From Bacteroidota bacterium (GTDB lineage: Bacteria; Bacteroidota; Bacteroidia; Bacteroidales; TTA-H9), in the NCBI GenBank assembly GCA_003250395.1, contig QKGM01000002.1, positions 23,906-87,905 on the forward strand: a stretch of 64,000 bases of DNA, given 5' to 3'. The position numbers and the translations under genes were made by a program. Of the stretch, positions 1 through 10,217 are shown piece by piece. The notes under the pieces were generated by a model. The model had not been told where the DNA came from and did no database searches. It saw nothing but the letters and a program-made list of their open reading frames with translations. Position 1 is the stretch's first letter. The number at the start of each line of letters is the position of its first letter.

Positions 1-1731
1 ATATTCTCCGGCGGCACCTGAGTTAGGTTGGAACGACATTGCAGCAAAACCGGTAATTTCACTAAAAGCACGTTCCATTTCATTTATCATATATGTATAG
101 CCTTCAGCCTGATCAGCAGGGACAAAGGGGTGCAGCGCATTGAATTCAGGCCAGCTCAACGGGAACAGTTCGGTTGCCGCGTTAAGTTTCATGGTGCATG
201 AACCAAGTGGAATCATCGAACGGTTGAGCGAAAGGTCTTTCTCTTCGAGCCTTTTAATATATCGCATCAACTCGGTTTCACTATGATAATTATTGAAAAC
301 ATCATGAGTGAGATAGCTGCTTGTTCTTGCAAATTGTACCGGTATAGTTGTGATTTTTTTGCATTCTGCCGGTACACATATAAATTCATCAAAGGTCTTA
401 CCTGCTGCCCTTGTAAAAATACTGAGTATGATGTTAATCTCAGCAAGAGTGGTGGTTTCGTCTATGCTGATACCTATAGTTTGCCCGTCAATATAGCGGA
501 AATTCATTTTATTCTCGAGTGCCAGCTTTCTTATTTCCTCCAGATTTACCCTTTCAGGGAGGCTGATCTGAACTGTATCGAAGAAAAACTGGTTGAGTTG
601 TTTGTAGCCATATTTCTGGACTTCATCACTTAGTACTCCAGCCAGAATGTTGATGTTCCGAGCTATTTCTTTGATTCCTTCAGGTCCGTGGAAGACAGCG
701 TACATGCTTGCCATTGTTGCAAGTAATGCCTGGGCTGTACAAATATTCGAAGTTGCTTTTTCCCGTTTGATGTGCTGTTCACGGGTTTGTAATGCCATGC
801 GTAGGGCTCTGTTTCCATCTGCATCAACAGTTATTCCGATAATCCGACCAGGCATATTGCGCTTGAACTCATCGCGGGCAGCAAGGAAGGCAGCATGAGG
901 ACCACCATATCCCATAGGAATACCAAAACGCTGGGTTGAACCAACCACGACATCAGCACCCCATTCACCCGGAGGTGTTAGAAGCGCCAGGCTGAGTATA
1001 TCAGCAACTACCAGCATCATTCCTTCTACAGCATGGATATTGGTGGTGAGTTCTGAATAATTATTGACTGAACCTCTTTCGTCAGGATATTGAACAATGG
1101 CCCCAAAATATTCAGGTGTAGGTTTGAATTCTTTATGGCAACCTTCTACCAGTTCGATACCAAGAGGTAAAGCACGTGTACGAAGCACATCAATACTTTG
1201 AGTAAAGAGGGTATTACTTACAAAGAACTTTATCGCATTACGTTTTATAGCCTGGCGGGAGCGGGAGTTGAATGCCATGATCATTGCTTCAGCAGCTGCG
1301 GTAGCTTCGTCAAGTAATGAACAATTTGACATGGGCATTGCGGTAAGATCACTTACCATGGTCTGGAAATTCAATAAAGCTTCCAGTCGCCCCTGACTGA
1401 TTTCAGCCTGATAAGGGGTATAGCTTGTATACCATCCAGGATTTTCTAATATATTGCGAAGGATAACACCGGGAACAATAGAATTGTAGTAGCCCATTCC
1501 TATGTAGCTACGATATAGTTTATTGCGGCCACCAACCTCTTTCATATGGTTGAAGGTCTCATATTCATTTAGCCCTGCCGGAAGGTTCAGAGGTTTATCT
1601 AATCTGATGGCAGCAGGAACAGTCTCGACGATGAGTTGATCAATCGAGTCGACGCCAATTTTCTGAAGCATCTTCTCCACATCTTTCGGACCTGGGCCGT
1701 TGTGACGATGGGTAAAATTGTTGGTGATCAT
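1..1731 (-). CDS. gcvP: Glycine dehydrogenase (decarboxylating), glycine cleavage P protein; 3' end lies beyond the window
   Basis: Missing from the ORF track because the frame runs off the edge. Manual translation from ATG 1731 gives MITNNFTHRHNGPGPKDVEKML...YIGMGYY...ILRNILENPGWYTSYTPYQAEISQGRLEALLNFQTMVSDLT...SLLDEATAAAEA and MIPLGSCTMKLNA, which are GcvP signature motifs. Confidence 0.97.
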   Translation of the reverse strand, partial: MITNNFTHRHNGPGPKDVEKMLQKIGVDSIDQLIVETVPAAIRLDKPLNLPAGLNEYETFNHMKEVGGRNKLYRSYIGMGYYNSIVPGVILRNILENPGWYTSYTPYQAEISQGRLEALLNFQTMVSDLTAMPMSNCSLLDEATAAAEAMIMAFNSRSRQAIKRNAIKFFVSNTLFTQSIDVLRTRALPLGIELVEGCHKEFKPTPEYFGAIVQYPDERGSVNNYSELTTNIHAVEGMMLVVADILSLALLTPPGEWGADVVVGSTQRFGIPMGYGGPHAAFLAARDEFKRNMPGRIIGITVDADGNRALRMALQTREQHIKREKATSNICTAQALLATMASMYAVFHGPEGIKEIARNINILAGVLSDEVQKYGYKQLNQFFFDTVQISLPERVNLEEIRKLALENKMNFRYIDGQTIGISIDETTTLAEINIILSIFTRAAGKTFDEFICVPAECKKITTIPVQFARTSSYLTHDVFNNYHSETELMRYIKRLEEKDLSLNRSMIPLGSCTMKLNAATELFPLSWPEFNALHPFVPADQAEGYTYMINEMERAFSEITGFAAMSFQPNSGAAGEY

Positions 1732-1799
1732 TTATGTGTATCTTATTGAGAGGGTAGGTGTTAATGGATTTACCGCCAATGCTTTTGGCTTTGGCAGTG

Positions 1800-1807
1800 C
1801 AAAAGTA
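1800..1807 (-). promoter_or_regulatory. Bacteroidota -7 promoter box (TACTTTTG) for gcvP
   Basis: Matches the TAnnTTTG consensus about 70 nt upstream of the gcvP ATG. Confidence 0.6.
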
Positions 1808-1990
1808 AAAATCTTTCGTGAACCTGCATCGATAGTGCTTATTAATTGTTGAAAATGAGTCGGGGTTGCATGTCTGTTATTGTTATTATGAGCATTTTAA
1901 TAACAATGTAGGCATTGCTGGCAGGATTTTCCCCGAATACAAATTCCGGCTATTGATTCCAGAGTTAAGGGCGGTAAATTTCTCCAAGGC

Positions 1991-4666
1991 CTAGTCCTCG
2001 AAATCAATAGTCAGGATGCCGTCATCCGTTTTTGTTTTTTTTGCAGTCAAAAATTTGTCTGTTTCCTCCATCTCCTCCGGTTCCGTGTCGTTTTCCTGTT
2101 CTTCTGTTTTCGGGGGGGTATATGGAAGAGGTTCAATAAAGTTTACCCGTGAGATAGCCAGATTGGAAATCTTCTTTCCTTTTGCCTTGACGTTTTTTAC
2201 CTCAATGAAATCTGATACGTCAATTACTTCAGGTGATAAAGGCTTTGAGTTAATCTTGCCATCAAAAATTACCTTTACCTGCGGTCGGTAATCTAATGAT
2301 ACAGCTAAAAGTTTTGAGTCAGGCTCATCACTCATAAACGACATTTTGCGTTCTGTCACTTCAGGACGAAAGCGCTTAAGAAAAATCATACCTGATTTCC
2401 CTTCAATATAAAGTGCGGTGATGATTTTATCGGGATCAAACTTTTCCATGATGAGGATGTCGTCGTCAAAATGAGTAGATAAATCGTATCCATAGAACCG
2501 AAAGTGTCCAGATGAGTTGATTACGATAATTTTGTCATCTGATTCAAATTCTCCCAAAAGACGACCCCTCGCATCTGCATTTAGCCTCATTACACTGTCA
2601 TCATACCAGATGCTTCGGGCGCGAAGTGTCGAAACACCATTTTCTTTCTGTTGTACATTTCGGACAATATACTTTGATAGGGTATTGCCTCTTGCTGTAC
2701 GTGTTTTAATGGCAAGTGATGCAAAATCATATTCAAACGACAATTTACGCAGATTAGGCCTTGGTCGCAGGTTCACCTTAACAACTTCGGCTTCCCCGTT
2801 AGGATTAGCTGTGAAATAGAGTACCTTGCTTCCTGCTTTTCCTTGCGACAGATCGTAATCCTTATCCCGGGTAATTCCCAATACAGCAAACCGCTTTACA
2901 AATGCCAGCCCGTTCTTGCCATCCTGATAAACCATATTGTAGATGGTTCGTTCGTCGTTACGCCGGAATACATCTACATGTATAATTCCTTCTCCTACGA
3001 AAACCTTTTCAGCCACCTTGGTAACGATAAAAGTAGCATTTTGCCGGAATATTATCAGGTCGTCTATGTCGCTGCAATCGCAAACATATTCGTCTTTTTT
3101 CAGCGAAGTTCCGATAAAGCCTTCTTCCCTGTTGACATACAGTTTTTGGTTTGCTATGGCTACTGTTGCAGCTTCGATATTATCGAAATTTCTGATTTCC
3201 GTTTTACGCTCTCTTCCAACACCATACTTCTTCTTAATTTGTTTGTAGTAGTTTATGGTATAATCAATGAGATGTTCCAGGTGGTTTCTAACCTCATCCA
3301 TTTCACTATCCAAATCCCGAATATGTTCTTCAGCCTTGAAAGTATTATATGCTGATATCCTCTTTATCCTGATTTCTGTTAACCTTTCGATATCAACACG
3401 GGTAACTTTTCTTCGAAGAATTGATTTAAACGGATCCAGACCGATGTCAATCGTACGTAAGGCCTCTTCATATGATTGTGATTTTCTGATGTCGAGATAT
3501 ATTTCATTTTCTATGAATATTTTCTCAAGAGAAGATACATGCCATTCCTGGTCAAGTTCATCAAGTCTGATTTGAAGTTCCTGCCTTAGTAACTCAACAG
3601 TTTGCCTGGTAGTTTCACGCAGGATATGTTTAACATCGGTAAAGATAGGTTTGCCTTCATGGATAACACAGGCGTTGGGCGATTCGCTGATTTCACAATC
3701 GGTGAATGCATACAGGGCATCTATTGTTACATCAGGGGAAACACCTGGTGCAAGATGAATCAGAATTTCAACGTTCGCAGCTGTGTTGTCATCAATTTTT
3801 CTGATTTTTATTTTCCCCCTGTCGGTTGCCTTCAGTATACTGTCAATAAGCGAAGTAGTATTTACACCAAACGGTATCTCAGATATAATGAGGGTCTTTT
3901 TATCGAGTTGACTGATTTTGGCTCTGATTCTCAACTTACCACTTCGTAAGCCAGCATTATATCTCGTTATGTCAACAAGTCCTCCAGTGATAAAATCAGG
4001 GTAAAGTTCGAATTCCTCGCCCCGAAGATGTGCAATAGCAGCATCAATCAACTCGTTGAAGTTATGGGGCATTATTTTAGATGATAAACCTACTGCAATC
4101 CCTTCAACCCCTTGAAACAGCAACAAGGGAAATTTTACAGGCAAATTGACAGGTTCCTGGTTTCGTCCATCATAGCTCGATTTCCAAAGAGTAGTTTTTG
4201 GGTTGAAAACAACTTCGTTCGCAAATTTTGAAAGTCGTGCTTCAATGTATCTTGGGGCAGCAGCACTGTCGCCAGTCAGTATGTTTCCCCAGTTTCCCTG
4301 CATGTCAATTAACAGATCTTTTTGCCCTAACTGAACAAGGGCATCACCAATTGAGGCATCACCATGAGGGTGATATTTCATAGTGTGTCCTATAATGTTG
4401 GCCACTTTATTATAGCGGCCATCATCAAGTTCTTTCATCGCATGCAAAATACGACGTTGAACAGGCTTGAGCCCGTCGAGCATTTCAGGTACGGCTCGTT
4501 CCAAAATCACATAAGATGCATAGTCGAGAAACCAGTTCTCATACATCCCCCTAAGAGCAATGGTTTTGTATTCTCCGGTATCGGTACTCTTTTCCTGTTT
4601 GTTTGGTTCGGTTTGCTCACCGGTTTCTTCCGGTAACTCTTCTGACCTGAGTTCGTCGTCTGGCAT
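1991..4666 (-). CDS. parC: DNA topoisomerase IV subunit A (Bacteroidota type)
   Basis: DYASYVILERAVP, DGLKPVQRRIL, YHPHGDASI and the catalytic AAAPRYIEARL. The short divergent C-terminus fits Bacteroidota ParC rather than GyrA. Confidence 0.88.
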   Translation of the reverse strand: MPDDELRSEELPEETGEQTEPNKQEKSTDTGEYKTIALRGMYENWFLDYASYVILERAVPEMLDGLKPVQRRILHAMKELDDGRYNKVANIIGHTMKYHPHGDASIGDALVQLGQKDLLIDMQGNWGNILTGDSAAAPRYIEARLSKFANEVVFNPKTTLWKSSYDGRNQEPVNLPVKFPLLLFQGVEGIAVGLSSKIMPHNFNELIDAAIAHLRGEEFELYPDFITGGLVDITRYNAGLRSGKLRIRAKISQLDKKTLIISEIPFGVNTTSLIDSILKATDRGKIKIRKIDDNTAANVEILIHLAPGVSPDVTIDALYAFTDCEISESPNACVIHEGKPIFTDVKHILRETTRQTVELLRQELQIRLDELDQEWHVSSLEKIFIENEIYLDIRKSQSYEEALRTIDIGLDPFKSILRRKVTRVDIERLTEIRIKRISAYNTFKAEEHIRDLDSEMDEVRNHLEHLIDYTINYYKQIKKKYGVGRERKTEIRNFDNIEAATVAIANQKLYVNREEGFIGTSLKKDEYVCDCSDIDDLIIFRQNATFIVTKVAEKVFVGEGIIHVDVFRRNDERTIYNMVYQDGKNGLAFVKRFAVLGITRDKDYDLSQGKAGSKVLYFTANPNGEAEVVKVNLRPRPNLRKLSFEYDFASLAIKTRTARGNTLSKYIVRNVQQKENGVSTLRARSIWYDDSVMRLNADARGRLLGEFESDDKIIVINSSGHFRFYGYDLSTHFDDDILIMEKFDPDKIITALYIEGKSGMIFLKRFRPEVTERKMSFMSDEPDSKLLAVSLDYRPQVKVIFDGKINSKPLSPEVIDVSDFIEVKNVKAKGKKISNLAISRVNFIEPLPYTPPKTEEQENDTEPEEMEETDKFLTAKKTKTDDGILTIDFED

Positions 4667-4686
4667 GTTCGGTAATGTGTAACCTT

Positions 4687-5889
4687 TTAATTTCTGAATT
4701 CTTTGAGCCTGCGAGCCATTTCCTGTCCAATGGTAATCAATCGGCTAATTTCTGCTTCTCTGGCTGAGTGTTTTGCCTCAACAGAAGGAGCTACAGTTTC
4801 CCACTTAATAGTTTCTGCAAATTTCTCAAGTGTCCTTACGCCGCCGCCGCCCCAGCTCATAGATCCGAATATACCAAGCAGGTGATTTTTTGGCATTATG
4901 TGCTCAAGCTCCCTGATTAGGTCTCTCATGGGGGTGAATATTCCTCCGTTATATGCACTGCTGCCCAATATAACTCCACGATATTTCCAGATGGCATTGA
5001 TTATATAACTACTGTGAGTTTTTGAAGAGTCGAATATCCTAATATTCTTAATTCCTTCCTCTGCAAGGGTTCGAGCAATAATTTCGGCCATCTTTTCTGT
5101 ATTACCGTACATAGATCCAAAAACAATTACTACCCCTTCTTCCGTTTCGTAGGTACTCCACTTCTGGTAATCAGCAACGATTTTTGGAATATGACTCCGC
5201 CATATCGGTCCGTGGGTTGAGGCAATCAGTTTTATCTCAAGCGAGGACAACTTATCCAATGCTTTTTGAACCTGAAGACCATATTTCCCTACTATATTGC
5301 TGTAGTAACGTCTAAGTTCTTCGTCATAAAAATCAAGGTTGATTTCATCATCAAAGATTCCGCCATCCAGAGTTCCGAAGCTGCCAAAAGCATCTGCTGA
5401 AAAGAGTATCTTCTGCGTTGATTCATAAGTCATCATAGTTTCAGGCCAGTGAACCATAGGCGTAAGGTAAAAATTGAGTTTATGGTGACCCAGATCTAAG
5501 ATATCTCCTTCATCAACAGAGTGTAAATTTTTGTTGATCCCATAAAAACCCTCAAGCATAGGAAATGTTTTGGCATTGCCCACGATTTTGATTTCCGGCC
5601 ATTCACCGATTACTGATTTAACTGCACCGGTGTGATCAGGTTCCATGTGATTAATTATCAGGTAATCAATTTTTCCTTCCGCTCCGATGATTTCTTTTAT
5701 TTTTTCAATATAGGTCTCCATCCTGCTAATCTCGACAGTATCGACAAGGCAGTTTTTTTTGTCGCAAATCAAATAACTGTTATATGCTACCCCGTTTGGT
5801 AATGGCCATTGATTCTCGAAGAGATGAGTACGGCGGTCGTTTACTCCGATCCAGTAAATATTTTCTGAAAGTTTTACCTTTTGATGCAT
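4687..5889 (-). CDS. fprA: Flavodiiron protein (FprA, A-type flavoprotein)
   Basis: YNSYLI, NHMEPDH, VHWPE and FSADAFG in the metallo-beta-lactamase domain, followed by a flavodoxin domain (GSMYGNTE, FGSMSWGGG). Confidence 0.93.
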   Translation of the reverse strand: MHQKVKLSENIYWIGVNDRRTHLFENQWPLPNGVAYNSYLICDKKNCLVDTVEISRMETYIEKIKEIIGAEGKIDYLIINHMEPDHTGAVKSVIGEWPEIKIVGNAKTFPMLEGFYGINKNLHSVDEGDILDLGHHKLNFYLTPMVHWPETMMTYESTQKILFSADAFGSFGTLDGGIFDDEINLDFYDEELRRYYSNIVGKYGLQVQKALDKLSSLEIKLIASTHGPIWRSHIPKIVADYQKWSTYETEEGVVIVFGSMYGNTEKMAEIIARTLAEEGIKNIRIFDSSKTHSSYIINAIWKYRGVILGSSAYNGGIFTPMRDLIRELEHIMPKNHLLGIFGSMSWGGGGVRTLEKFAETIKWETVAPSVEAKHSAREAEISRLITIGQEMARRLKEFRN

Positions 5890-5935
5890 TTGAAGGCTTT
5901 TATATTTTAATGTTTTGATTATCTAATTAAAGAGA

Positions 5936-8002
5936 CTAGGTTGTTTTCTGTCTCCTGTTATAAAACAAATGATCTGGAAGTCGAAGCAAAAATACTTCTA
6001 AGGCAAGGAATATCAAAGCTACTACAATGAAAAATTTCCACAAGTCCGGTGTTTCAGTGGCTACCGAAATGATTCCGGTTGCAGGAAGGTCTGGATTGAC
6101 TGCAACAGTCATTCCTGGTATACCTGTTAATTCAATAGCATTTTGTATATCCATAGCTGAGAGAAACAGTGGGGATGATTCAGCACGCGGGTAGTTAAAT
6201 GCAATGGGTTTTATTTTTATTCCGGCAGAAGTCAGTCTGTAAAATCCGGCTGTAGTAATATCTAAACCTGTAAATACTTCTGTTATATATGCCGATGATC
6301 TCACTGTAGGAATACGTTCTTCAGTTCCATCCTCTTTGCTTATTCTCAGAGATCCCTCCTGGGGTGTTCCTGTTATTCGTAACACAGTTTCTTTCATAAC
6401 CTGATGGCTTATTATACCTGGTTTAATGCTTTGATAAGCTGCATTATATAGAGTTGGGACTATCAGGTTATGGGAGACGAAATTTCCTCCATTAAGGCTT
6501 AATGGGGATTGGAAAAGATAAATGCAGCCAGATCCTGATCTGTACTTAGTCAGCAAAGGTTGTCCATTTTGTAACCATAAGAGCGTCTCTGCCTGCTTCC
6601 TGACTGTAGGACTGGCGGGAAAGTATTTTTTGATGTATGGAAGATCTGCATTCTTTGGTATCGACTCGAATACATCACGATATAGATCTGCCTGTTGATT
6701 GATGCGATCAACGTATACCAGCGAAGTGTCGGCAGGTTGAAGAATATCAGCATCAAGTGAAGCAAGAAGGCTGTTCAGTGCATGAGGTTGCCCTTTTTCA
6801 GGCGGATTTATCCACAAAGTTCCTCCCTGAACTACAAATTCTTTCAATGCGGTATTCAGCCCAAGAGGAATTTGTTCAAGGCCATCGACAATTATCAGGT
6901 TTTGGTTGGGTAATTCGGAATAATCAAGTTCGGTAAATTGTTTCTGCTGAAGGTTGATTGTAGAATCTCCTGTAAATAGTAGCTTAATCCATTGTTCTGG
7001 CGGTTCCTGAGTTATATGTAACACGTTGATTTCCTCAGACAGGCTGAAAGCCATGAAATAACGGTTGTCGAACGTGATGGGATGATCGTCAGTTTCGACA
7101 ACCGCCTGATAGAAACCAGGTTCTGTAAGCATAAATGGAATTGAGATTTCTTTAGTCTCTTCCGGTTGGATCCTTACATTAATAGTTGATTTCTGCTGGT
7201 TGTTGATAATTAGCCTGACAGGGAGATTATCAAGTGCTTCTGTGCTATGATTCGATAGTGTAACTATGAGCTGGAGTTGCTTGCCTGTCTGCAGTGCAGG
7301 AGATGCGAAGTGACAACTATCAATTAAAACATTTCCTGTCAAAACTGGTGGAAAGGGTACCAGCACAGTGTTTGAACCTGAATCGGGAGTAATATTATTC
7401 AGATCGCAGAATCCTTTCTGGAAATCAGATAAGATAAAGGCGAGGTTCCTGTTTTCTATCCGGTTTGCCTCCTGTTGTCTGATCAATACCTGACTTAGCG
7501 TGTGGGAGGCAGCCGATAATTCAAGTGTCGTGATGTATTTTTTTGCCTGTTCCTGACTCATGGTCTGCTGTCCGCGGTATGAGAAATCATTTGTGAGAAT
7601 TCTGAATTGTGTCGTCGGGGGCCATGCTGCAACCATCTCAATGGCCTTTATTCTCGCCTGTTCAAACAATATTCCCCGTTCGCTTTCATTGGCCATGCTG
7701 AAGGAGTTGTCGACGAAGATACTCACAACTGTTTTTTCTCCTGTTTGTTGTGGCTTTTGTTTGTCAGGGAAATAAGGGCGGGCAAATGCCAATACCAACG
7801 AACCGATTGCTAACATTCGGGCTGCCAGAACAAGCCAGTGCCTGATCTTTGACTGACGCTTTGTCTCTATCTGGATAGCTTGTAACATCCTTACGTTGCT
7901 GAATAGCACCTTACGGTATCTCCTGAAACTGAACAGGTGTATAACGACGGGGATCAACATTGCCGGCAGGGCGTACAGAAAAGCTGGATTTTGAAACAAC
8001 AT
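5936..8002 (-). CDS. BatA-type N-terminal double-TM protein with vWA-like and Ig/CARDB-like domains
   Basis: N-terminus FQNPAFLYAL..IPVVIHLF..RR...VLFSN; MIDAS-like DNSFSM; SDFQ; C-terminal LWKFFIVVALIFLALE transmembrane segment. Confidence 0.85.
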   Translation of the reverse strand: MLFQNPAFLYALPAMLIPVVIHLFSFRRYRKVLFSNVRMLQAIQIETKRQSKIRHWLVLAARMLAIGSLVLAFARPYFPDKQKPQQTGEKTVVSIFVDNSFSMANESERGILFEQARIKAIEMVAAWPPTTQFRILTNDFSYRGQQTMSQEQAKKYITTLELSAASHTLSQVLIRQQEANRIENRNLAFILSDFQKGFCDLNNITPDSGSNTVLVPFPPVLTGNVLIDSCHFASPALQTGKQLQLIVTLSNHSTEALDNLPVRLIINNQQKSTINVRIQPEETKEISIPFMLTEPGFYQAVVETDDHPITFDNRYFMAFSLSEEINVLHITQEPPEQWIKLLFTGDSTINLQQKQFTELDYSELPNQNLIIVDGLEQIPLGLNTALKEFVVQGGTLWINPPEKGQPHALNSLLASLDADILQPADTSLVYVDRINQQADLYRDVFESIPKNADLPYIKKYFPASPTVRKQAETLLWLQNGQPLLTKYRSGSGCIYLFQSPLSLNGGNFVSHNLIVPTLYNAAYQSIKPGIISHQVMKETVLRITGTPQEGSLRISKEDGTEERIPTVRSSAYITEVFTGLDITTAGFYRLTSAGIKIKPIAFNYPRAESSPLFLSAMDIQNAIELTGIPGMTVAVNPDLPATGIISVATETPDLWKFFIVVALIFLALEVFLLRLPDHLFYNRRQKTT

Positions 8003-8042
8003 TGTAAGGAGGATATAGATTACAGTATTTCTCTCATGATCT

Positions 8043-8726
8043 TTATTCAGTTACACCATTAAATACATACTGAATGATATTGGCCCCCATACGCAATGCA
8101 TCGAGGTGTTTTTCCCTGGAGTCGTGATGCACTTCTGTATCTTCCCATCCATCCCCAAGATCAGTTTCCCATGTATAGAGACAAACTATCCGTCCGTTGT
8201 ATATCAGAGCAAAAGCCTGAGGAGGTTTATTGTCATGTTCATGAATTTTTGGCAAACCTTTTATGAATTTAAAGCTCTGATTAAAAAGTTGATGAGTAGT
8301 GGGAATTGGAACAAATTCAAGTTCCGGGAATACTTTTTTCATTTGTGGCCTGATATACTGATCCAGTCCGTAATTATCGTCAATGTGAAGAAAACCTCCC
8401 CCTATGAGGTAATTACGCAGGTTAGCAGCTTCAGCCTCATTGAACACAACATTTCCATGACCAGTCATATGGACGAAAGGGAAGGTTCCAATTCCATGAT
8501 CTCCCGGCTCAACTGTAGCGGGGGTGGTATTGATATTAGTGTTTAGGGTCTCGTTACAAAATTTAATAAGGTTCGGTAATGATGTTGGATTGGCATACCA
8601 GTCGCCACCTCCCGAATATTTCAGTAGAGCAATGGAGTAGGTTGCCGTTGAGGTACTATTTGAAGTTTGCGCCGACAACCCCGTAATTGCTACTATGATG
8701 AAGAAAAGTGTTGTAATACGTTTCAT
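8043..8726 (-). CDS. DUF4159 family secreted protein
   Basis: Signal peptide; LKYSGGGDWYANPTSLPNL, HMTGHG, GGFLHIDDNYG and DLGDGWED motifs. Confidence 0.85.
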   Translation of the reverse strand: MKRITTLFFIIVAITGLSAQTSNSTSTATYSIALLKYSGGGDWYANPTSLPNLIKFCNETLNTNINTTPATVEPGDHGIGTFPFVHMTGHGNVVFNEAEAANLRNYLIGGGFLHIDDNYGLDQYIRPQMKKVFPELEFVPIPTTHQLFNQSFKFIKGLPKIHEHDNKPPQAFALIYNGRIVCLYTWETDLGDGWEDTEVHHDSREKHLDALRMGANIIQYVFNGVTE

Positions 8727-9454
8727 GGTAATTCGAGGTTGGCCTGTTGGAATAACATGCAGGCAGCTAAACCTGCTGTCTCTGTTCTAAGGATAAATTT
8801 ACCCAGGCTCACCGGTTCGTAACCAGCTTCCTGTGCTGCATTTGCTTCTTCCCTGCTGAAGTCACCTTCGGGGCCGATAAGCACAACGACATCTGTACCT
8901 TTTTCTATTTTGTGTGACAAGTGTTTTTCCATACCTGTTTCACACCAGGCAATGAATTTCTTTCCAGTGAATCTTTGCTTTATAAACTTATCGAAACTGA
9001 TGGTTTCATGAAGTAGCGGTAATCTACTCCTTCCTGATTGCTTAAGGGCAGCTATTGCAATCCGTTCGAGCCTTTCGGTCTTCAATCTCGTGCGCTCCGA
9101 GTGTTGACAGTTTAAAAGACTAATTTCATCTGCTCCCATCTCGGTGGCCTTTTCAACAAACCATTCTATGCGATCCGGATTTTTTGTTGGTGCAATTGCA
9201 ATATGTAGCTTATTGCTAAGCAACCTTTTGTCGTCTTTCGGGTTGGATATTAATACCTTTGTTTGACGTTGGTCTGCCTCTTCAATAATGCCTTCATATA
9301 AATAACCTGCACCATCAGTAATGTTGAGTACATCCCCCGATTTCAGACGCATCGATTTAGCGATGTGACGTGATTCATTTTCATCGAATGTGAATTCAAC
9401 CTTTTGGTTGTTAATAGAGTCCGGATTGAGGTGCGGGAGATAGAACAATTGCAT
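8723..9454 (-). CDS. rsmE: 16S rRNA m3U1498 methyltransferase
   Basis: HIAKSMRL, EKATEMG, LIGPEGDFS and SLGKFILRTETA, the SPOUT-fold RsmE motifs. Confidence 0.95.
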   Translation of the reverse strand: MQLFYLPHLNPDSINNQKVEFTFDENESRHIAKSMRLKSGDVLNITDGAGYLYEGIIEEADQRQTKVLISNPKDDKRLLSNKLHIAIAPTKNPDRIEWFVEKATEMGADEISLLNCQHSERTRLKTERLERIAIAALKQSGRSRLPLLHETISFDKFIKQRFTGKKFIAWCETGMEKHLSHKIEKGTDVVVLIGPEGDFSREEANAAQEAGYEPVSLGKFILRTETAGLAACMLFQQANLELP

Positions 9455-9455
9455 T

Positions 9456-10166
9456 TCAGGAGGGTATTATAGTCAGTATATTCAAAGCTTCACACAAATT
9501 TTTTACCTCAAATGTAGGTGACTGTATAGCGGGTTTGTTATTCAGATTGATGTATAATTGGGCGATTCCTGCCAGCCGGGCTCCTTCAATGTCGGCCTCC
9601 GGTTCATCTCCAATCATAAGACTCTCTGAAACTTCTGCGCCGGTTTTTTTTAGTGCATAATTAAATATCGCCGGATTAGGTTTATTTACACCAGCCTCAT
9701 CTGATGTAATCAAAGTCTCGAAGTATCGGTCAAGACCAGAATTGCGAAGTTTACGGCTCTGGATTTCCGAAAATCCATTGGTGATAATATGCATCCGATA
9801 ATGTGGCTTCAATGCCTCAAGTACCTCATTGGTGCAAGGAAGTAAATTGGTCTTTGATGGACTCCGCTCTATGTAGAGTTCTGACATACTTATGGCCAGT
9901 TCCTTATCATTAAGGCTATACAGTGCTAGGGTTTGAATGAACCGGCCGACCGAGAGCAACTCTTTGGTAATCTCATGCCGTTTGTATGCTGCCCAAAGTT
10001 TTTCATTAATTGAGTGATAGTCGGTGATAAACACGTCAAACCCTGGGACTCCTCTCTCATTCAGGTTTAATTCATTATATAACTCATTGAGGGTTTCAGT
10101 TGAATTACGTTCAAAATCCCACAGGGTTCCATCCAGATCAAAGAAGAGATGAGTATACGGTTTCAT
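9456..10166 (-). CDS. yjjG: YjjG-family HAD noncanonical pyrimidine nucleotidase
   Basis: FFDLDGTLWDF, ITNGF, KPNPAIF and MIGD HAD motifs. ATG 10166 chosen because a TAACTTTG box sits at 10186-10193. Confidence 0.85.
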   Translation of the reverse strand: MKPYTHLFFDLDGTLWDFERNSTETLNELYNELNLNERGVPGFDVFITDYHSINEKLWAAYKRHEITKELLSVGRFIQTLALYSLNDKELAISMSELYIERSPSKTNLLPCTNEVLEALKPHYRMHIITNGFSEIQSRKLRNSGLDRYFETLITSDEAGVNKPNPAIFNYALKKTGAEVSESLMIGDEPEADIEGARLAGIAQLYINLNNKPAIQSPTFEVKNLCEALNILTIIPS

Positions 10167-10217
10167 GAAGTTGTGTTCCACGGTGCAAAGTTATAAAAAG
10201 TATCATCGTGGAAGATG

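Noticed and set aside
283-898. Plus-strand ORFs of 116 and 83 aa
   Set aside because: Antisense shadows of gcvP, which occupies 1-1731 on the minus strand.
1732-1990. Possible glycine riboswitch before gcvP
   Set aside because: No GGAGA...CCGAAG...CTCTCAGG aptamer core, and the promoter box is only about 70 nt from the ATG.
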